Of a stretch of 64,000 nt of DNA, positions 1 through 10,358 are shown one piece after another (positions within the stretch are counted from its first letter, which is position 1; each line of letters begins with the position of its first letter). A model generated the notes under the pieces. It saw only the letters and a list, made by a program, of their open reading frames with translations. It was not told where the DNA came from and did not search any database. Source of the stretch: Halanaerobiales bacterium (lineage in GTDB: Bacteria > Bacillota > Halanaerobiia > Halanaerobiales > M55B127); assembly GCA_034521955.1 (NCBI GenBank), contig JAXHLT010000003.1:76990-140989 (forward strand), read 5' to 3'. The translations under genes and the position numbers were made by a program.

Positions 1-1558
1 AAAAATGGAACCACTTGCTAAACCAGCAATTGAAGCTGTGAAAAATGGTGATATTAAATTCATTCCTGAAAGATTTAGTAAAGTATATTTAAACTGGATG
101 GAAAATATTAAAGACTGGTGTATATCAAGACAGCTTTGGTGGGGACATAGAATACCGGTTTGGTACTGTGAAGACTGTGGTGAAGTTATTGTAAGCCGTA
201 CAGAACCAGACCAGTGTCCAGAATGTAAAAGCAGTAGTTTAAAACAGGAAGAAGATGTTTTAGATACCTGGTTTTCATCTGCATTATGGCCGTTTTCAAC
301 CTTAGGCTGGCCTAATGATACTGATGATCTTAATTACTTTTACCCAACTGATGTATTGGTTACCGGACGAGATATAATATTCTTCTGGGTTGCACGAATG
401 ATTTTTATGGGATTAGAGTTTATGGATGAACCACCATTTAGTGATGTTTATGTACATGGCTTAATCAGAGATGCTCAGGGTAGAAAGATGAGCAAATCAT
501 TAGGAAATGGGATTGATCCCATTGAAGTGATAGAAGAATTTGGTGCAGATGCCCTTAGATTTACATTAATTACAGGTAATACACCTGGTAATGACATGCG
601 TTTTAGGGAAGAAAGGTTAGAGGCAAGCAGAAATTTTGCAAATAAAATATGGAATGCTGCAAGATTTATCTTAATGAATGTAGATGATTTTGATTATAAT
701 TCAACTAATTTTAAAGATTTAAAGTTAAACCTTGCAGATAAATGGATGTTAAGTAGAACCAATGAAGTTACTAAAAAAATAGATAAAACATTAGAAAATT
801 ATAATTTCGGAGAGATGAGTAAATCTCTATATGACTTTATCTGGAATGAATACTGTGATTGGTATATTGAAATACTAAAAGAGAGGTTTTATCAGGACCA
901 GGATTTAAAGGCAAAAGAAACAGCTCAGTACATGGGACTAAAGATTTTGGGAGATATCTTAAAACTTCTACATCCGGTTATGCCGATGATTACAGAAGAA
1001 ATTTGGCATAAATTACCTATCTCTGAGAAGAGTCTCATGATCAGTGATTGGCCTGAATATGAAGAAAATGAAGTTGATAAGGATTCTGAAAGTAAGATGA
1101 ATACTATTATGAGTGTAATAAAATCTGTAAGGAATATTAGAAATGAGATGAAGGTTGATCCGGGTAGAAAGATAGAAGCCATCTTATTATCTGATAAAAC
1201 TGAGATACTTGAAAGTGGAGAAAGCTATCTAAAAAATCTTGCTAATATAGATAACTTAAGAATAACAAAAACATTAAAAAATAGACCTCAGCCTTCTTCA
1301 ACCTCAATTGTTGAGGGTGTTGAAGTAATATTACCACTTGAAGGTATGGTTGATATTGATAAAGAACTAAAAAGACTTAATAATGAATTAGAAGATGTAA
1401 AGTATGAAATTAAAAGAGCAAAGGGTAAACTTTCAAATGATGGTTTTGTAAATAATGCTCCTGAAGAACTAGTAGAGGGAGAAAAACAAAAAGTAAAAGA
1501 ATATGAAGCAAAAAAAGAAAAATTACAGGAAAGAATTGAACAGATGAAATTAAATTAA
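1..1558 (+). CDS. valS: Valyl-tRNA synthetase, C-terminal ~517 aa (5' end outside window)
   Basis: ORF 5..1558 is open to the window edge. It has the class I KMSKS loop ([10 protein letters not shown]), an anticodon-binding region and the long C-terminal coiled coil typical of ValRS. Confidence 0.93.
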   Translation, partial: KMEPLAKPAIEAVKNGDIKFIPERFSKVYLNWMENIKDWCISRQLWWGHRIPVWYCEDCGEVIVSRTEPDQCPECKSSSLKQEEDVLDTWFSSALWPFSTLGWPNDTDDLNYFYPTDVLVTGRDIIFFWVARMIFMGLEFMDEPPFSDVYVHGLIRDAQGRKMSKSLGNGIDPIEVIEEFGADALRFTLITGNTPGNDMRFREERLEASRNFANKIWNAARFILMNVDDFDYNSTNFKDLKLNLADKWMLSRTNEVTKKIDKTLENYNFGEMSKSLYDFIWNEYCDWYIEILKERFYQDQDLKAKETAQYMGLKILGDILKLLHPVMPMITEEIWHKLPISEKSLMISDWPEYEENEVDKDSESKMNTIMSVIKSVRNIRNEMKVDPGRKIEAILLSDKTEILESGESYLKNLANIDNLRITKTLKNRPQPSSTSIVEGVEVILPLEGMVDIDKELKRLNNELEDVKYEIKRAKGKLSNDGFVNNAPEELVEGEKQKVKEYEAKKEKLQERIEQMKLN

Positions 1559-1566
1559 ATTTTGTA

Positions 1567-1595
1567 TTGACTTAAAAAATATATTCTGTTATGAT
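1567..1595 (+). promoter_or_regulatory. Sigma-A-type promoter for the pur leader
   Basis: TTGACT (1567-1572), 17-nt spacer, TATGAT (1590-1595), with TG at 1587-1588 (extended -10). It sits about 40 nt upstream of the riboswitch P1. Confidence 0.6.
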
Positions 1596-1634
1596 AAATG
1601 CATAAATTAGTTATAAAAATTGAATAATTATGTA

Positions 1635-1703
1635 CCTCATATAATTCCGGAAATATGGTCCGGAAGTATCTACCAGGTGGCCGTTAACTAGCTGACTATG
1701 AGG
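1635..1703 (+). promoter_or_regulatory. Purine riboswitch aptamer, guanine/hypoxanthine class
   Basis: P1 is CCTCATA (1635-1641) paired with TATGAGG (1697-1703). Conserved junctions and loops are present: TATAAT, P2 TTCCGGA/TCCGGAA with an AATATGG loop, GTATCTACC, CCGTTAA loop, GACTATG. The specificity position in GA-C-TATG is C, which indicates guanine rather than adenine. Confidence 0.9.
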
Positions 1704-1706
1704 GAA

Positions 1707-1790
1707 GTGTACCTAGGTGGCCGCATTGATAAAATGGCTGGTTCGAGCGGTACAGATAAGATATACACCGAAGGGATAAAAGCCCAGGCG
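1707..1790 (+). promoter_or_regulatory. ykkC-family aptamer, subtype-2-like (probable PRPP riboswitch), in tandem with the guanine aptamer
   Basis: P1 is TGTACC (1708-1713) paired with GGTACA (1749-1754). The blocks CTAGGTGGCCGC...GGCTGGTTCGAGCGG...ACACCGAAGGGATAAAAGCCCAGG parallel the guanidine-I (ykkC) core but differ at normally invariant positions. The pur-operon context and tandem placement fit the described PRPP class. P2 looks very short, so the assignment needs a covariance-model check. Confidence 0.6.
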
Positions 1791-1840
1791 GGTAGGTTCT
1801 ACTCTTAGTTGATAGTAGACACTACCTGTCTGGGTTTTTT
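1783..1840 (+). terminator. Intrinsic terminator (expression platform of the tandem riboswitch)
   Basis: The 21-position stem CCCAGGCGGGTAGGTTCTACT / AGTAGACACTACCTGTCTGGG has one 2x2 internal mismatch and two G-U pairs and is followed by T7 (1834-1840). Its 5' arm overlaps the 3' strand of aptamer P3 (CCC, 1783-1785). Confidence 0.8.
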
Positions 1841-1882
1841 TAATTTTTGTTAGAAATATACAATACGGGAGGGATATTTTTT

Positions 1883-3169
1883 GTGAAAAACATCTTAATT
1901 ATTGGGAGTGGTGGCAGAGAACATGTACTTACCTGGAAATTACATCAAAGTAATAGAGTAGATAAAATATTTGTAATACCAGGTAATGCCGGTACTGCTC
2001 AATTAGCTGAAAATGTAGAAATTGATGTAATGGACTTTGAAAAAATAGCTAAATTTATTAAAACAAACAATATTGACATGACCTTTGTTGGACCTGAGAA
2101 ACCTTTAGCAAATGGTATAGTAGACTTTTTAAACGAAAAAAATATAGAAGTGTTTGGTCCTAATAAAAAGGCTGCTAAGTTAGAGGGTAGTAAGGTATAT
2201 GCAAAAAATGTTATGAAAGAGTGTAATATACCTACAGCTGAATTTGAAACATTTAAAGACCCGCAAAAAGCATATAACTATTTAGAAAGTTCAACTTATC
2301 CATTAGTTGTTAAAGCAGAGGGCTTAGCTTTTGGGAAAGGAGTTATTATTGCTGACAATAAGACAGAAGCTAAAGAAGCTGTTAAAAAGATAATGGAAGA
2401 TAAACACTTTGGCAAAGCAGGAGAAAAGATTGTTATAGAAGAGTATCTAAAAGGAGAAGAAGCCTCTATAATGGTTTTTTCAGATGGGAAAACATATTAT
2501 CAGATGGTTTCAGCTCAGGATCATAAAAAGATAGGTGAAGGTGACACTGGTTTAAATACCGGAGGAATGGGAGCATATGCTCCAACACCTTTAATTGACA
2601 AAAACCTAAAGAAAAAGGTTGACCAAGAGATCTTAAATCCACTATTTAATTATTTAAAAAGCAATGATATTACTTTTAAAGGAATATTATTTTTAGGTTT
2701 AATGATTGAAAAAGATATACCTAAAGTATTGGAATTTAATGTACGATTTGGTGACCCTGAAGCACAAGTAGTATTACCCTTACTAAAAAACGACCTACTA
2801 ACAGTAGCAGAAAAGATTAATCAAGGCAAGTTAGATGAAATAAATTTAGAGTGGAAAAACGAAAAATGTATGGCAGTAATTATGGCTTCAGGTGGATATC
2901 CTGTTGAATATAAAAAGGGTAAAGAAATTTTTGGATTAAGTGATATAAAGGATCCAGACAGTGTTGTTTTTCATGCTGGTACTAAATTAAAAGATGAGAA
3001 TGTTTATACTAATGGAGGTAGGGTTTTAGCAGTAACTTCATTAGGAGAAAGCTTTCAAGGGGTTTATGACAAATGTTATCAAAATATAGAAAAAATAAAC
3101 TTTGATAAGGCTTACTATAGAAAAGATATAGGACATAAATTAAAGGGAGTGAAAATAATAGATGAATAA
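1883..3169 (+). CDS. purD: Phosphoribosylamine-glycine ligase (GAR synthetase)
   Basis: GTG at 1883 follows GGGAGGG (1867-1873). The N-terminus is VKNILIIGSGGREH, with an ATP-grasp core and GGRVL near the C-terminus. The track's TTG at 1847 abuts the terminator T-tract, so I rejected it. Confidence 0.93.
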   Translation: MKNILIIGSGGREHVLTWKLHQSNRVDKIFVIPGNAGTAQLAENVEIDVMDFEKIAKFIKTNNIDMTFVGPEKPLANGIVDFLNEKNIEVFGPNKKAAKLEGSKVYAKNVMKECNIPTAEFETFKDPQKAYNYLESSTYPLVVKAEGLAFGKGVIIADNKTEAKEAVKKIMEDKHFGKAGEKIVIEEYLKGEEASIMVFSDGKTYYQMVSAQDHKKIGEGDTGLNTGGMGAYAPTPLIDKNLKKKVDQEILNPLFNYLKSNDITFKGILFLGLMIEKDIPKVLEFNVRFGDPEAQVVLPLLKNDLLTVAEKINQGKLDEINLEWKNEKCMAVIMASGGYPVEYKKGKEIFGLSDIKDPDSVVFHAGTKLKDENVYTNGGRVLAVTSLGESFQGVYDKCYQNIEKINFDKAYYRKDIGHKLKGVKIIDE

Positions 3170-3680
3170 AAAAATTGGAATAATTATGGGTAGTGATTCA
3201 GATTTACCTATTATGAAAGAAGCTTGTGAACTATTAGAAGAATTTGAAGTAGACTATGACTTACAGGTAATATCAGCACATAGAACACCTGAAGTAGCAA
3301 GAAAATATGCACTTGAGGCTGAAGATAACGATATTAAGGCTATCATTGCTGGAGCCGGTAAAGCAGCACATCTACCTGGTGTAATAGCAGCTAGCACTTT
3401 AGTACCGGTTATTGGAGTGCCGATCAGGACATCTACTTTAGGTGGAGCAGATTCATTGTATTCAATGGTACAAATGCCGGGTGGTATACCAGTTCCAACA
3501 GTTGCATTAAATGGAGCAAAAAATGCAGCATTACTTGCACTACAGATGATAGCAATTGATGATCAAGAAATTAAAGATAAACTTTTATCATACAGAGAAA
3601 AGATGAGAGATGATGTAGTAAAAACTTCTAAAAAGTTATCTAAGCAAGGATATAAAAAATACTTACAGGAAAACAAATAA
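3162..3680 (+). CDS. purE: PurE (N5-CAIR mutase / AIR carboxylase family)
   Basis: Motifs GIIMGSDSDLPIM, SAHRTP and AGKAAHLPGV are present. It overlaps the purD stop by 8 nt. Confidence 0.93.
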   Translation: MNKKIGIIMGSDSDLPIMKEACELLEEFEVDYDLQVISAHRTPEVARKYALEAEDNDIKAIIAGAGKAAHLPGVIAASTLVPVIGVPIRTSTLGGADSLYSMVQMPGGIPVPTVALNGAKNAALLALQMIAIDDQEIKDKLLSYREKMRDDVVKTSKKLSKQGYKKYLQENK

Positions 3681-3697
3681 GTGCTGGAGGTAAGATA

Positions 3698-5110
3698 ATG
3701 ATTAAAAGAAATATTTTTGAAAACATTAATCCATTTGATCATAGGTATTCCTATCAAAATGATACCTATAAAAGTTTAAAAAAATACTTATCAGAAGAAG
3801 CAAACATCAATTATCAACTTAAGGTTGAATTAGCTTTGATTAAAGCCCTTAACAAATTAGAAGTATGTTCAGAAAGTGTAGTAGATGAAGTAAAAGAAGC
3901 TATTGAAGAAATCAATGGTGAAAAAGCTTATCTAGAAGAAAAAAAGACTAAACATAATATTAGAGCATTAGTAAATTTAATACAGCAGAATGTAAGTGAA
4001 AGTTCAAAGCCCTATATTCATTTAACAGCTACTTCATATGATATAGTTGATACAGCTAATTCATTAAGGTATAGGGAAGTAACTAATGATATTATCCTTC
4101 CTAAATTAAAAGAACTAATAGAAATATTAAGTGAGCTAGCATTACAGGAAAAAGACACATTACAGATTGGACGTACTCACGGACAGCACGCAGTACCTGT
4201 AACTTTTGGTTATGTTCTTGCAGGATTTGTGGAGAGATTGGGATTAAGATATGTAGAAATTAAAAACAAGGCTGATCTGTTAAAAGGTAAGTTTTCCGGA
4301 GCTTGTGGTACTTACAATGCCTCCAGCTTGTTTTTTGAAGATCCAGTACTATTTGAAGAAACGGTAATGGATGAGTTGGGATTACAAGCCGGTGATTTTT
4401 CTTCTCAAATTGTAATTGCAGAGTACATGACTGACTTTATTCACTCCATAATATCAACCTTTGGGGTATTAGCGAATTTCAGTGATGATATGAGGAACTT
4501 ACAGAGGACTGAAATTAATGAAGTGGGTGAGTACTTTAGCAAGGACCAGGTTGGTTCTTCAACAATGCCTCATAAGCGTAATCCAATTAATTATGAAAAT
4601 ATTAAAAGTATGTGGAAAAAAACAATGCCTCAAATGAATACAGTTTATATGGATCAAATTTCTGAACACCAAAGAGATTTAAGTAATTCAGCTTCCAGCA
4701 GATTTATTCCTGATATAATCGTTGGTTTTACACTTTCAATAAACAGATTGATTAAGGTTTTAAAGAAATTCGGTATTGACCGTAAAAAAATGAAAGAAAA
4801 CTTTAATATGTATAGTGAGATGATTATTGCAGAACCTCTCTATATAATTTTAGCTTCACAGGGACACCCTGATGCACATGAAGCTGTAAGAAAATTAACC
4901 TTACAGTCTGAAAAGGGTGATAAGTCTCCCCGTGAACTTTTTTATTTAAAAGACGAATTTAAAGAATACAGAGAAAAACTTACAGAGTATCAAAAGTTAA
5001 TAATTAACAATCCTCAAAAATATACTGGTGCTGCAAAAAAACGCACTGAATATATAATAAAAAAATGGGAAAACAAATTAAAAAAGGAGAGATTAAATAA
5101 TGGAAACTAA
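3698..5110 (+). CDS. purB: Adenylosuccinate lyase
   Basis: It has the fumarate-lyase superfamily signature GSSTMPHKRNP and is 470 aa. Confidence 0.9.
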   Translation: MIKRNIFENINPFDHRYSYQNDTYKSLKKYLSEEANINYQLKVELALIKALNKLEVCSESVVDEVKEAIEEINGEKAYLEEKKTKHNIRALVNLIQQNVSESSKPYIHLTATSYDIVDTANSLRYREVTNDIILPKLKELIEILSELALQEKDTLQIGRTHGQHAVPVTFGYVLAGFVERLGLRYVEIKNKADLLKGKFSGACGTYNASSLFFEDPVLFEETVMDELGLQAGDFSSQIVIAEYMTDFIHSIISTFGVLANFSDDMRNLQRTEINEVGEYFSKDQVGSSTMPHKRNPINYENIKSMWKKTMPQMNTVYMDQISEHQRDLSNSASSRFIPDIIVGFTLSINRLIKVLKKFGIDRKKMKENFNMYSEMIIAEPLYIILASQGHPDAHEAVRKLTLQSEKGDKSPRELFYLKDEFKEYREKLTEYQKLIINNPQKYTGAAKKRTEYIIKKWENKLKKERLNNGN

Positions 5111-5819
5111 AGAAATGATTTATGAAGGTAAGGCAAAAAAGATATATAGTACAGATGAGGAAGATAAATTAATTATTCATTATAAGGATGATGCTACAGC
5201 ATTTGATGGCAAAAAGAAAGGACAGATTAAATCTAAGGGTAAGTTCAACCTTGAAATATCTAATATATTTTTCATGTTATTAGAAGACAATGGTATTAAA
5301 ACACATTTAATAAGACAGATTAATGATACCGATATTTTAGTAAAAAAAGTTGATATAATACCTATTGAAGTTGTTTTAAGAAACATTGCAGCAGGTAGTT
5401 TAGCAAAGAGATTAGGATTAGAGGAAGGAACAAAATTAAATCGCCCAGTCCTTGAATATTATTATAAAGATGATGAACTAGGAGATCCTTTAATAAATAG
5501 ATACCATATCAGTGAAAGAAACTTAGCTACAGAAGGACAGTTAAAGTTACTAGACATCTTAGGATTTAAGATTAATAAAGTACTAACAGATTTCCTTGCA
5601 GATAAAGACCTTTTGTTAGTTGATTTCAAATTAGAGTTTGGTTTAGATAAAAATGATAATATCATTTTAGCTGATGAAATTTCCCCTGATACTTGCCGCT
5701 TTTGGGATAAGAACACTCTTAAAAAGCTTGATAAAGATAGATTCAGAAGAGATCTAGGAGAAGTTGAAGAGGCATACCAGGAAATTCTATATAGATTAAA
5801 AAAGGATGTGATTATTTAA
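5100..5819 (+). CDS. purC: SAICAR synthetase
   Basis: The N-terminus contains YEGKAKKIY and there is an LADEISPDTCRFW motif. It is 239 aa. Confidence 0.93.
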   Translation: METKEMIYEGKAKKIYSTDEEDKLIIHYKDDATAFDGKKKGQIKSKGKFNLEISNIFFMLLEDNGIKTHLIRQINDTDILVKKVDIIPIEVVLRNIAAGSLAKRLGLEEGTKLNRPVLEYYYKDDELGDPLINRYHISERNLATEGQLKLLDILGFKINKVLTDFLADKDLLLVDFKLEFGLDKNDNIILADEISPDTCRFWDKNTLKKLDKDRFRRDLGEVEEAYQEILYRLKKDVII

Positions 5820-6079
5820 TGAACTGGGAAGTAAAAATAGAAACCAAATTAAAAGATGGAATATTAGATCCTCAGGGAAAAGCAGTTAAAACCGGTCTTA
5901 AGTCCTTAGGTTATGACAATGTGAAATCAGTATTTGTAGGTAAATATATGGAAATTGTATTAAATGATATTGATGAAAAAAATAAAGCAGCTGAACTGGT
6001 TGAAGAAATGTGTGAAAAGCTTTTGGCTAATCCTGTAATAGAAGACTATAAATATGAATTAATGAAAATGGAGGGATAA
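5819..6079 (+). CDS. purS: FGAM synthase subunit PurS
   Basis: This 86-aa protein sits between purC and purQ, with a TAATG overlap onto purC. The DPQG motif typical of PurS is present. Confidence 0.85.
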   Translation: MNWEVKIETKLKDGILDPQGKAVKTGLKSLGYDNVKSVFVGKYMEIVLNDIDEKNKAAELVEEMCEKLLANPVIEDYKYELMKMEG

Positions 6080-6080
6080 A

Positions 6081-6782
6081 ATGAAAGCAGGTGTTGTAAC
6101 CTTTCCCGGTTCAAACTGTGATAATGATGTATTTAATGTATTAAAAAATATATTTGACTTTAAAACAGATCTGATCTGGCATAAGGATAAAACTTTAGAT
6201 GATTATGACTTAATAGTTTTACCAGGCGGATTTTCATATGGTGATTATCTGCGTTCAGGAGCAATAGCGAGATTTGCAGAAGTTATGGAACCTGTAATAG
6301 ATTTTGCCAATTCAGGCGGCTTAGTATTAGGAATCTGCAATGGATTTCAAATCTTATTAGAATCCAATCTACTACCTGGTGCAATGAAGGTAAATGACAG
6401 TTTAAAATTTGTGTGTAAAAATGTAAAGCTTGAAGTTAGTAATAATGTAACTCCTTTTACAAATAAATATGATCAACATGAAATTATAGATATGCCGGTT
6501 GCACATGGAGAAGGAAATTATTATGTGGATGAAAATGGATTAAAAGAATTAAAAAAGAACAATCAAATTGTTTTAAGATACAAAGATGACAGTGAAAATC
6601 CAAACGGTTCACTTAGTAATATTGCAGGAATATGTAATAAAAAGGGTAATGTTTTTGGATTAATGCCCCATCCGGAAAGATGTTCAGAAGAAATAATTGC
6701 TCCAAACAATAGTGATGGCTATAGAATGTTTGCCTCAATTATTAATGAAATTAAGGACAGAGGTGATAAGATTGCCAGATAA
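6081..6782 (+). CDS. purQ: FGAM synthase glutaminase subunit PurQ
   Basis: It is a class I glutamine amidotransferase with LGICNGFQ (catalytic Cys) and MPHPER. Confidence 0.93.
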   Translation: MKAGVVTFPGSNCDNDVFNVLKNIFDFKTDLIWHKDKTLDDYDLIVLPGGFSYGDYLRSGAIARFAEVMEPVIDFANSGGLVLGICNGFQILLESNLLPGAMKVNDSLKFVCKNVKLEVSNNVTPFTNKYDQHEIIDMPVAHGEGNYYVDENGLKELKKNNQIVLRYKDDSENPNGSLSNIAGICNKKGNVFGLMPHPERCSEEIIAPNNSDGYRMFASIINEIKDRGDKIAR

Positions 6783-8955
6783 ACCATGGGAACAAGAAGG
6801 CTTAACAAAAAATGAATATGAAATGATAGTTAAACTACTTGATAGAAAACCAACCGAAACTGAACTTGGAATATTTGGTGTAATGTGGTCAGAACACTGT
6901 AGTTATAAAAATTCTAAATTAGTACTAAAAACATTACCAACAACTGGAGAGTGTGTATTACAGGGACCGGGTGAAAATGCCGGAATTATTGATATTGGTG
7001 ATAATGATGCTGTATCTTTTAAAATTGAAAGCCATAATCATCCCTCTGCAGTAGAACCATTCCAGGGAGCAGCAACAGGAGTAGGTGGAATAATTAGAGA
7101 TATTTTCACAATGGGTGCAAGACCGATCGCTACTTTAAATTCACTCAGATTCGGTAGTTTAGACAATGATAGAGTAAAGTATCTTTTTAAAGGTGTTGTC
7201 TCAGGGATTTCTAGTTATGGAAACAGTATTGGTATCCCTACAGTTGGAGGAGAAATATTTTTCGATGATGCCTATGAAGGTAATCCTTTAGTTAATGTAA
7301 TGAGTGTTGGTATATTAGAACATAATGACATTGCTACTGCTACAGCAAAAGGTGTTGGTAACTCTGTAATGGTTGTCGGTGCTGCTACTGGTAGAGATGG
7401 TATACAGGGAGCAAGCTTTGCATCTGATGAGTTAACTGAGGATTCTGATGAAGACCGACCAGCTGTACAGGTAGGTGATCCATTTATGGAAAAACTTTTA
7501 CTTGAAGCAAGTTTAGAACTTATAAAAAGTGATAGTATAATAGGAATTCAAGACATGGGAGCAGCCGGATTAACAAGTTCTTCTGCTGAAATGGCCAGCA
7601 GGGGAAACAGTGGGATTGAAATTGATATTTCCAAGGTGCCAACTCGAGAAGAAAATATGACTTCATATGAAATTATGTTATCTGAATCTCAAGAAAGAAT
7701 GCTTGTAGTACCTAAAAAAGGTAAAGAAGAAGTTGTAGAAAGAATCTTTAACAAATGGGGTCTACATGCTAAAGTAGTGGGCAAAGTAACAGATGATGGC
7801 ATGCTTAGGATATTAAACAAAGGGAAAACAGTTGCTGAAATGTCAGCAAAGCTATTAGCAGATGAGGCTCCCGAATATAAAAGAGAGTCTATAAAACCTA
7901 AATATATTGATGAATTAAATGATATTAAAGCAGAAGATATAAAGAGTACAGACTATAACGAAGATTTATTAAACTTAGTTTCATCACCAACTATAGCAAG
8001 TAAAAAGTGGGTTTATGAACAGTATGACCATATGGTTATGACAAATACAGTTGTAGGTCCGGGCTCAGATGCTGCGGTAGTGCGTATTAAACAAAAGGAT
8101 AAAGCATTAGCATTAACTACAGATAATAACGGAAGATACTGTTATCTAGACCCTCAAAAAGGTGGAAGTATAGCAGTTGCGGAAGCAGCTCGAAATATAG
8201 TCTGTAGTGGTGGAAAACCAATGGCTGTAACTGATGGACTTAACTTTGGTAACCCGATGGATCCTGAAATATACTGGCAGTTTGAAAACTGTGTTAAGGG
8301 AATTTCAAAAGGATGTAAAAAGTTAAATACACCGGTAATCGGTGGTAATGTTAGTTTCTATAATGAAAGCCCTAAAGGTGCAATTTATCCTACACCAATT
8401 ATTGGTATGGTAGGACTGTTGGATTCAATTGATGATAGAATTACAATGGATTTTAAAAATGAAGGAGACCATATTTACCTAATTGGAAAATCCAAAGAAG
8501 AATTAGGAGCAAGTGAATACTTAAAAGTCAATGAGGGTAAAGTAGATGGTAAGGTTCCAGAAATTGATTTAGATTTAGAAAAAAGAGTTCAAAATACAGT
8601 TTACACCGCTAATAAAAATAATATAATTAATTCAGCACATGACTGTTCTGAGGGTGGACTAGCTGTAGCTTTAGCAGAGTCAACCTTTAAAAATAATATT
8701 GGAATAAAAGTAGATATAGATACTAAACTAAGTAATAAAGCATTATTGTTTGGTGAAAGTCAAAGCAGAATAGTAGTTAGCATAGATGAAAACAATGTTG
8801 AAAAACTTAAAGAAATAGCCCAAAACAACAATGTTTCTATAAATAAATTAGGTATTACTACAAAAAATAAATATGTATTTAATAATTTAATTAATCTGGA
8901 AATTAAGGAGTTGAAAAATAGATGGGAAACTGCTATCGAGAAAAAACTTCAGTAG
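6772..8955 (+). CDS. purL: FGAM synthase subunit PurL
   Basis: TTG at 6772 follows AGGACAGAGGTG and overlaps the purQ stop. The conserved N-terminus reads [10 protein letters not shown]...[10 protein letters not shown]. The track start at 6697 lies inside purQ, so I rejected it. Confidence 0.92.
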   Translation: MPDKPWEQEGLTKNEYEMIVKLLDRKPTETELGIFGVMWSEHCSYKNSKLVLKTLPTTGECVLQGPGENAGIIDIGDNDAVSFKIESHNHPSAVEPFQGAATGVGGIIRDIFTMGARPIATLNSLRFGSLDNDRVKYLFKGVVSGISSYGNSIGIPTVGGEIFFDDAYEGNPLVNVMSVGILEHNDIATATAKGVGNSVMVVGAATGRDGIQGASFASDELTEDSDEDRPAVQVGDPFMEKLLLEASLELIKSDSIIGIQDMGAAGLTSSSAEMASRGNSGIEIDISKVPTREENMTSYEIMLSESQERMLVVPKKGKEEVVERIFNKWGLHAKVVGKVTDDGMLRILNKGKTVAEMSAKLLADEAPEYKRESIKPKYIDELNDIKAEDIKSTDYNEDLLNLVSSPTIASKKWVYEQYDHMVMTNTVVGPGSDAAVVRIKQKDKALALTTDNNGRYCYLDPQKGGSIAVAEAARNIVCSGGKPMAVTDGLNFGNPMDPEIYWQFENCVKGISKGCKKLNTPVIGGNVSFYNESPKGAIYPTPIIGMVGLLDSIDDRITMDFKNEGDHIYLIGKSKEELGASEYLKVNEGKVDGKVPEIDLDLEKRVQNTVYTANKNNIINSAHDCSEGGLAVALAESTFKNNIGIKVDIDTKLSNKALLFGESQSRIVVSIDENNVEKLKEIAQNNNVSINKLGITTKNKYVFNNLINLEIKELKNRWETAIEKKLQ

Positions 8956-8963
8956 TTGATAAA

Positions 8964-10358
8964 ATGGAAGAGGAATGCGGCATATTTGGAATCTATAGTA
9001 AATCCACTAACAATGACCTCTCCAGATTAAGCTATTTAGGTTTACATGCTCTACAGCACCGAGGACAGGAAAGTGCAGGGATTTGTGTTAACAAAAACAA
9101 CAAGTTAGCAGTTCACAAGGGTATGGGACTTGTTAGTAATGTTTTTGACAGTGAAATTCTTGATGATTTAACAGGAAGCATAGGTATTGGTCATGTAAGA
9201 TATTCAACAACTGGTTCATCTCTATTAGCAAATGCACAACCACTGCTTACAAATAGTATCAAAGGTGACTTAGCTTTAGCTCATAATGGTAATCTAAAGA
9301 ATGGCCAAGAGTTAAAAGAAAATTTAGAGGCTCATGGTTCAATATTTCATTCAACACTAGATACAGAAGTAATTGCTCATTTAGTTGCAAGATCATTTAA
9401 GGATGATATTATAGAAGCTTTAATTCAAAGCTTACAGCAGTTAAAGGGTGCGTTTAGCCTAGTTGCGATGACAGCAGATACTTTAATTGCAGCTCGTGAT
9501 CCACATGGTTTTAGACCACTAGTATTAGGTAAAAAAGGAGAAGACTTTGTAGTTGCTTCAGAGACATGTGCACTTGATATAGTTGATTATGAATTTGTAA
9601 GAGAAGTTAAACCCGGTGAAGTACTAATAATTAATGATAAAGGAATTGAAAGTAGAAGATACAGTGAAAACAAAGAAAGTTCTTTTTGTTTATTTGAATA
9701 TATTTACTTTGCTCGTCCCGATAGTGTAATAGATGGTAAAAATGTTTATTTGACCAGAAAAGAGATGGGTAAACAGCTTGCTAAAGAGATGGATATTGAT
9801 GCTGATATGGTTGTACCTGTTCCAAGCTCTGGAGTAGCAGCAGCCCAGGGATATTCATTAGAATCAAATATCCCTTATGCAGATGGTATCTTAAGAAATC
9901 GTTATGTTGGACGTACTTTTATTCAACCAACTCAAAAATTAAGAGATTTAAAGGTGAGGATGAAGCTTAACCCGATTACTAAAATATTAGAAAATAAAGA
10001 TATTATATTAATCGATGATTCTATAGTAAGGGGAACTACAAGTAAACAGATTATAAAACGGTTAAGAGAAAGTGGTGTTAACAAAATTCATATGGCAATA
10101 GCATCACCTGCGGTTAAATACCCCTGTTATTATGGACTTGATACTTCACGGAGAAGAGAATTAATAGCAAGGGATAAATCTGTAGAAGAAATAGCATCAT
10201 ATATTGGAGCTGATACCTTAAATTATATAAGCTTAGAAGGTATACTTTCTGTACTTAAAACAGATGGATATGGTTACTGTACAGCATGTTTTGATGGAAA
10301 CTATCCTACCGAACACACTCATAATAAAGAGGTGGATAAAAATGGGATACTCATATAA
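8964..10358 (+). CDS. purF: Amidophosphoribosyltransferase
   Basis: ATG at 8964 gives MEEE-CGIFGI, a short propeptide before the Ntn catalytic Cys. The PRTase loop DDSIVRGTT and B. subtilis-type Fe-S cysteines (CYYG, CTACFDGNYP) are present. Confidence 0.93.
   Translation: MEEECGIFGIYSKSTNNDLSRLSYLGLHALQHRGQESAGICVNKNNKLAVHKGMGLVSNVFDSEILDDLTGSIGIGHVRYSTTGSSLLANAQPLLTNSIKGDLALAHNGNLKNGQELKENLEAHGSIFHSTLDTEVIAHLVARSFKDDIIEALIQSLQQLKGAFSLVAMTADTLIAARDPHGFRPLVLGKKGEDFVVASETCALDIVDYEFVREVKPGEVLIINDKGIESRRYSENKESSFCLFEYIYFARPDSVIDGKNVYLTRKEMGKQLAKEMDIDADMVVPVPSSGVAAAQGYSLESNIPYADGILRNRYVGRTFIQPTQKLRDLKVRMKLNPITKILENKDIILIDDSIVRGTTSKQIIKRLRESGVNKIHMAIASPAVKYPCYYGLDTSRRRELIARDKSVEEIASYIGADTLNYISLEGILSVLKTDGYGYCTACFDGNYPTEHTHNKEVDKNGILI

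Noticed and set aside
1780-1795. The minus strand reads CCCGCCTGGGC, which resembles the 3' subdomain of the ZTP (pfl) riboswitch that also regulates purine genes.
   Set aside because: It is on the wrong strand for the + strand pur operon, and no pfl 5' subdomain is nearby. The segment is fully explained as P3 of the ykkC-type aptamer and the 5' arm of the terminator.
6697-6771. N-terminal extensions offered by the ORF track: purL 6697, purF 8922, purM 10264, purD 1847, rplU 51615, folC 30452, mrdA 42361, yhbY 53706.
   Set aside because: The extensions overlap the preceding gene or a leader or terminator and are not conserved-looking. Internal starts with good SD sequences reproduce the canonical N-termini.
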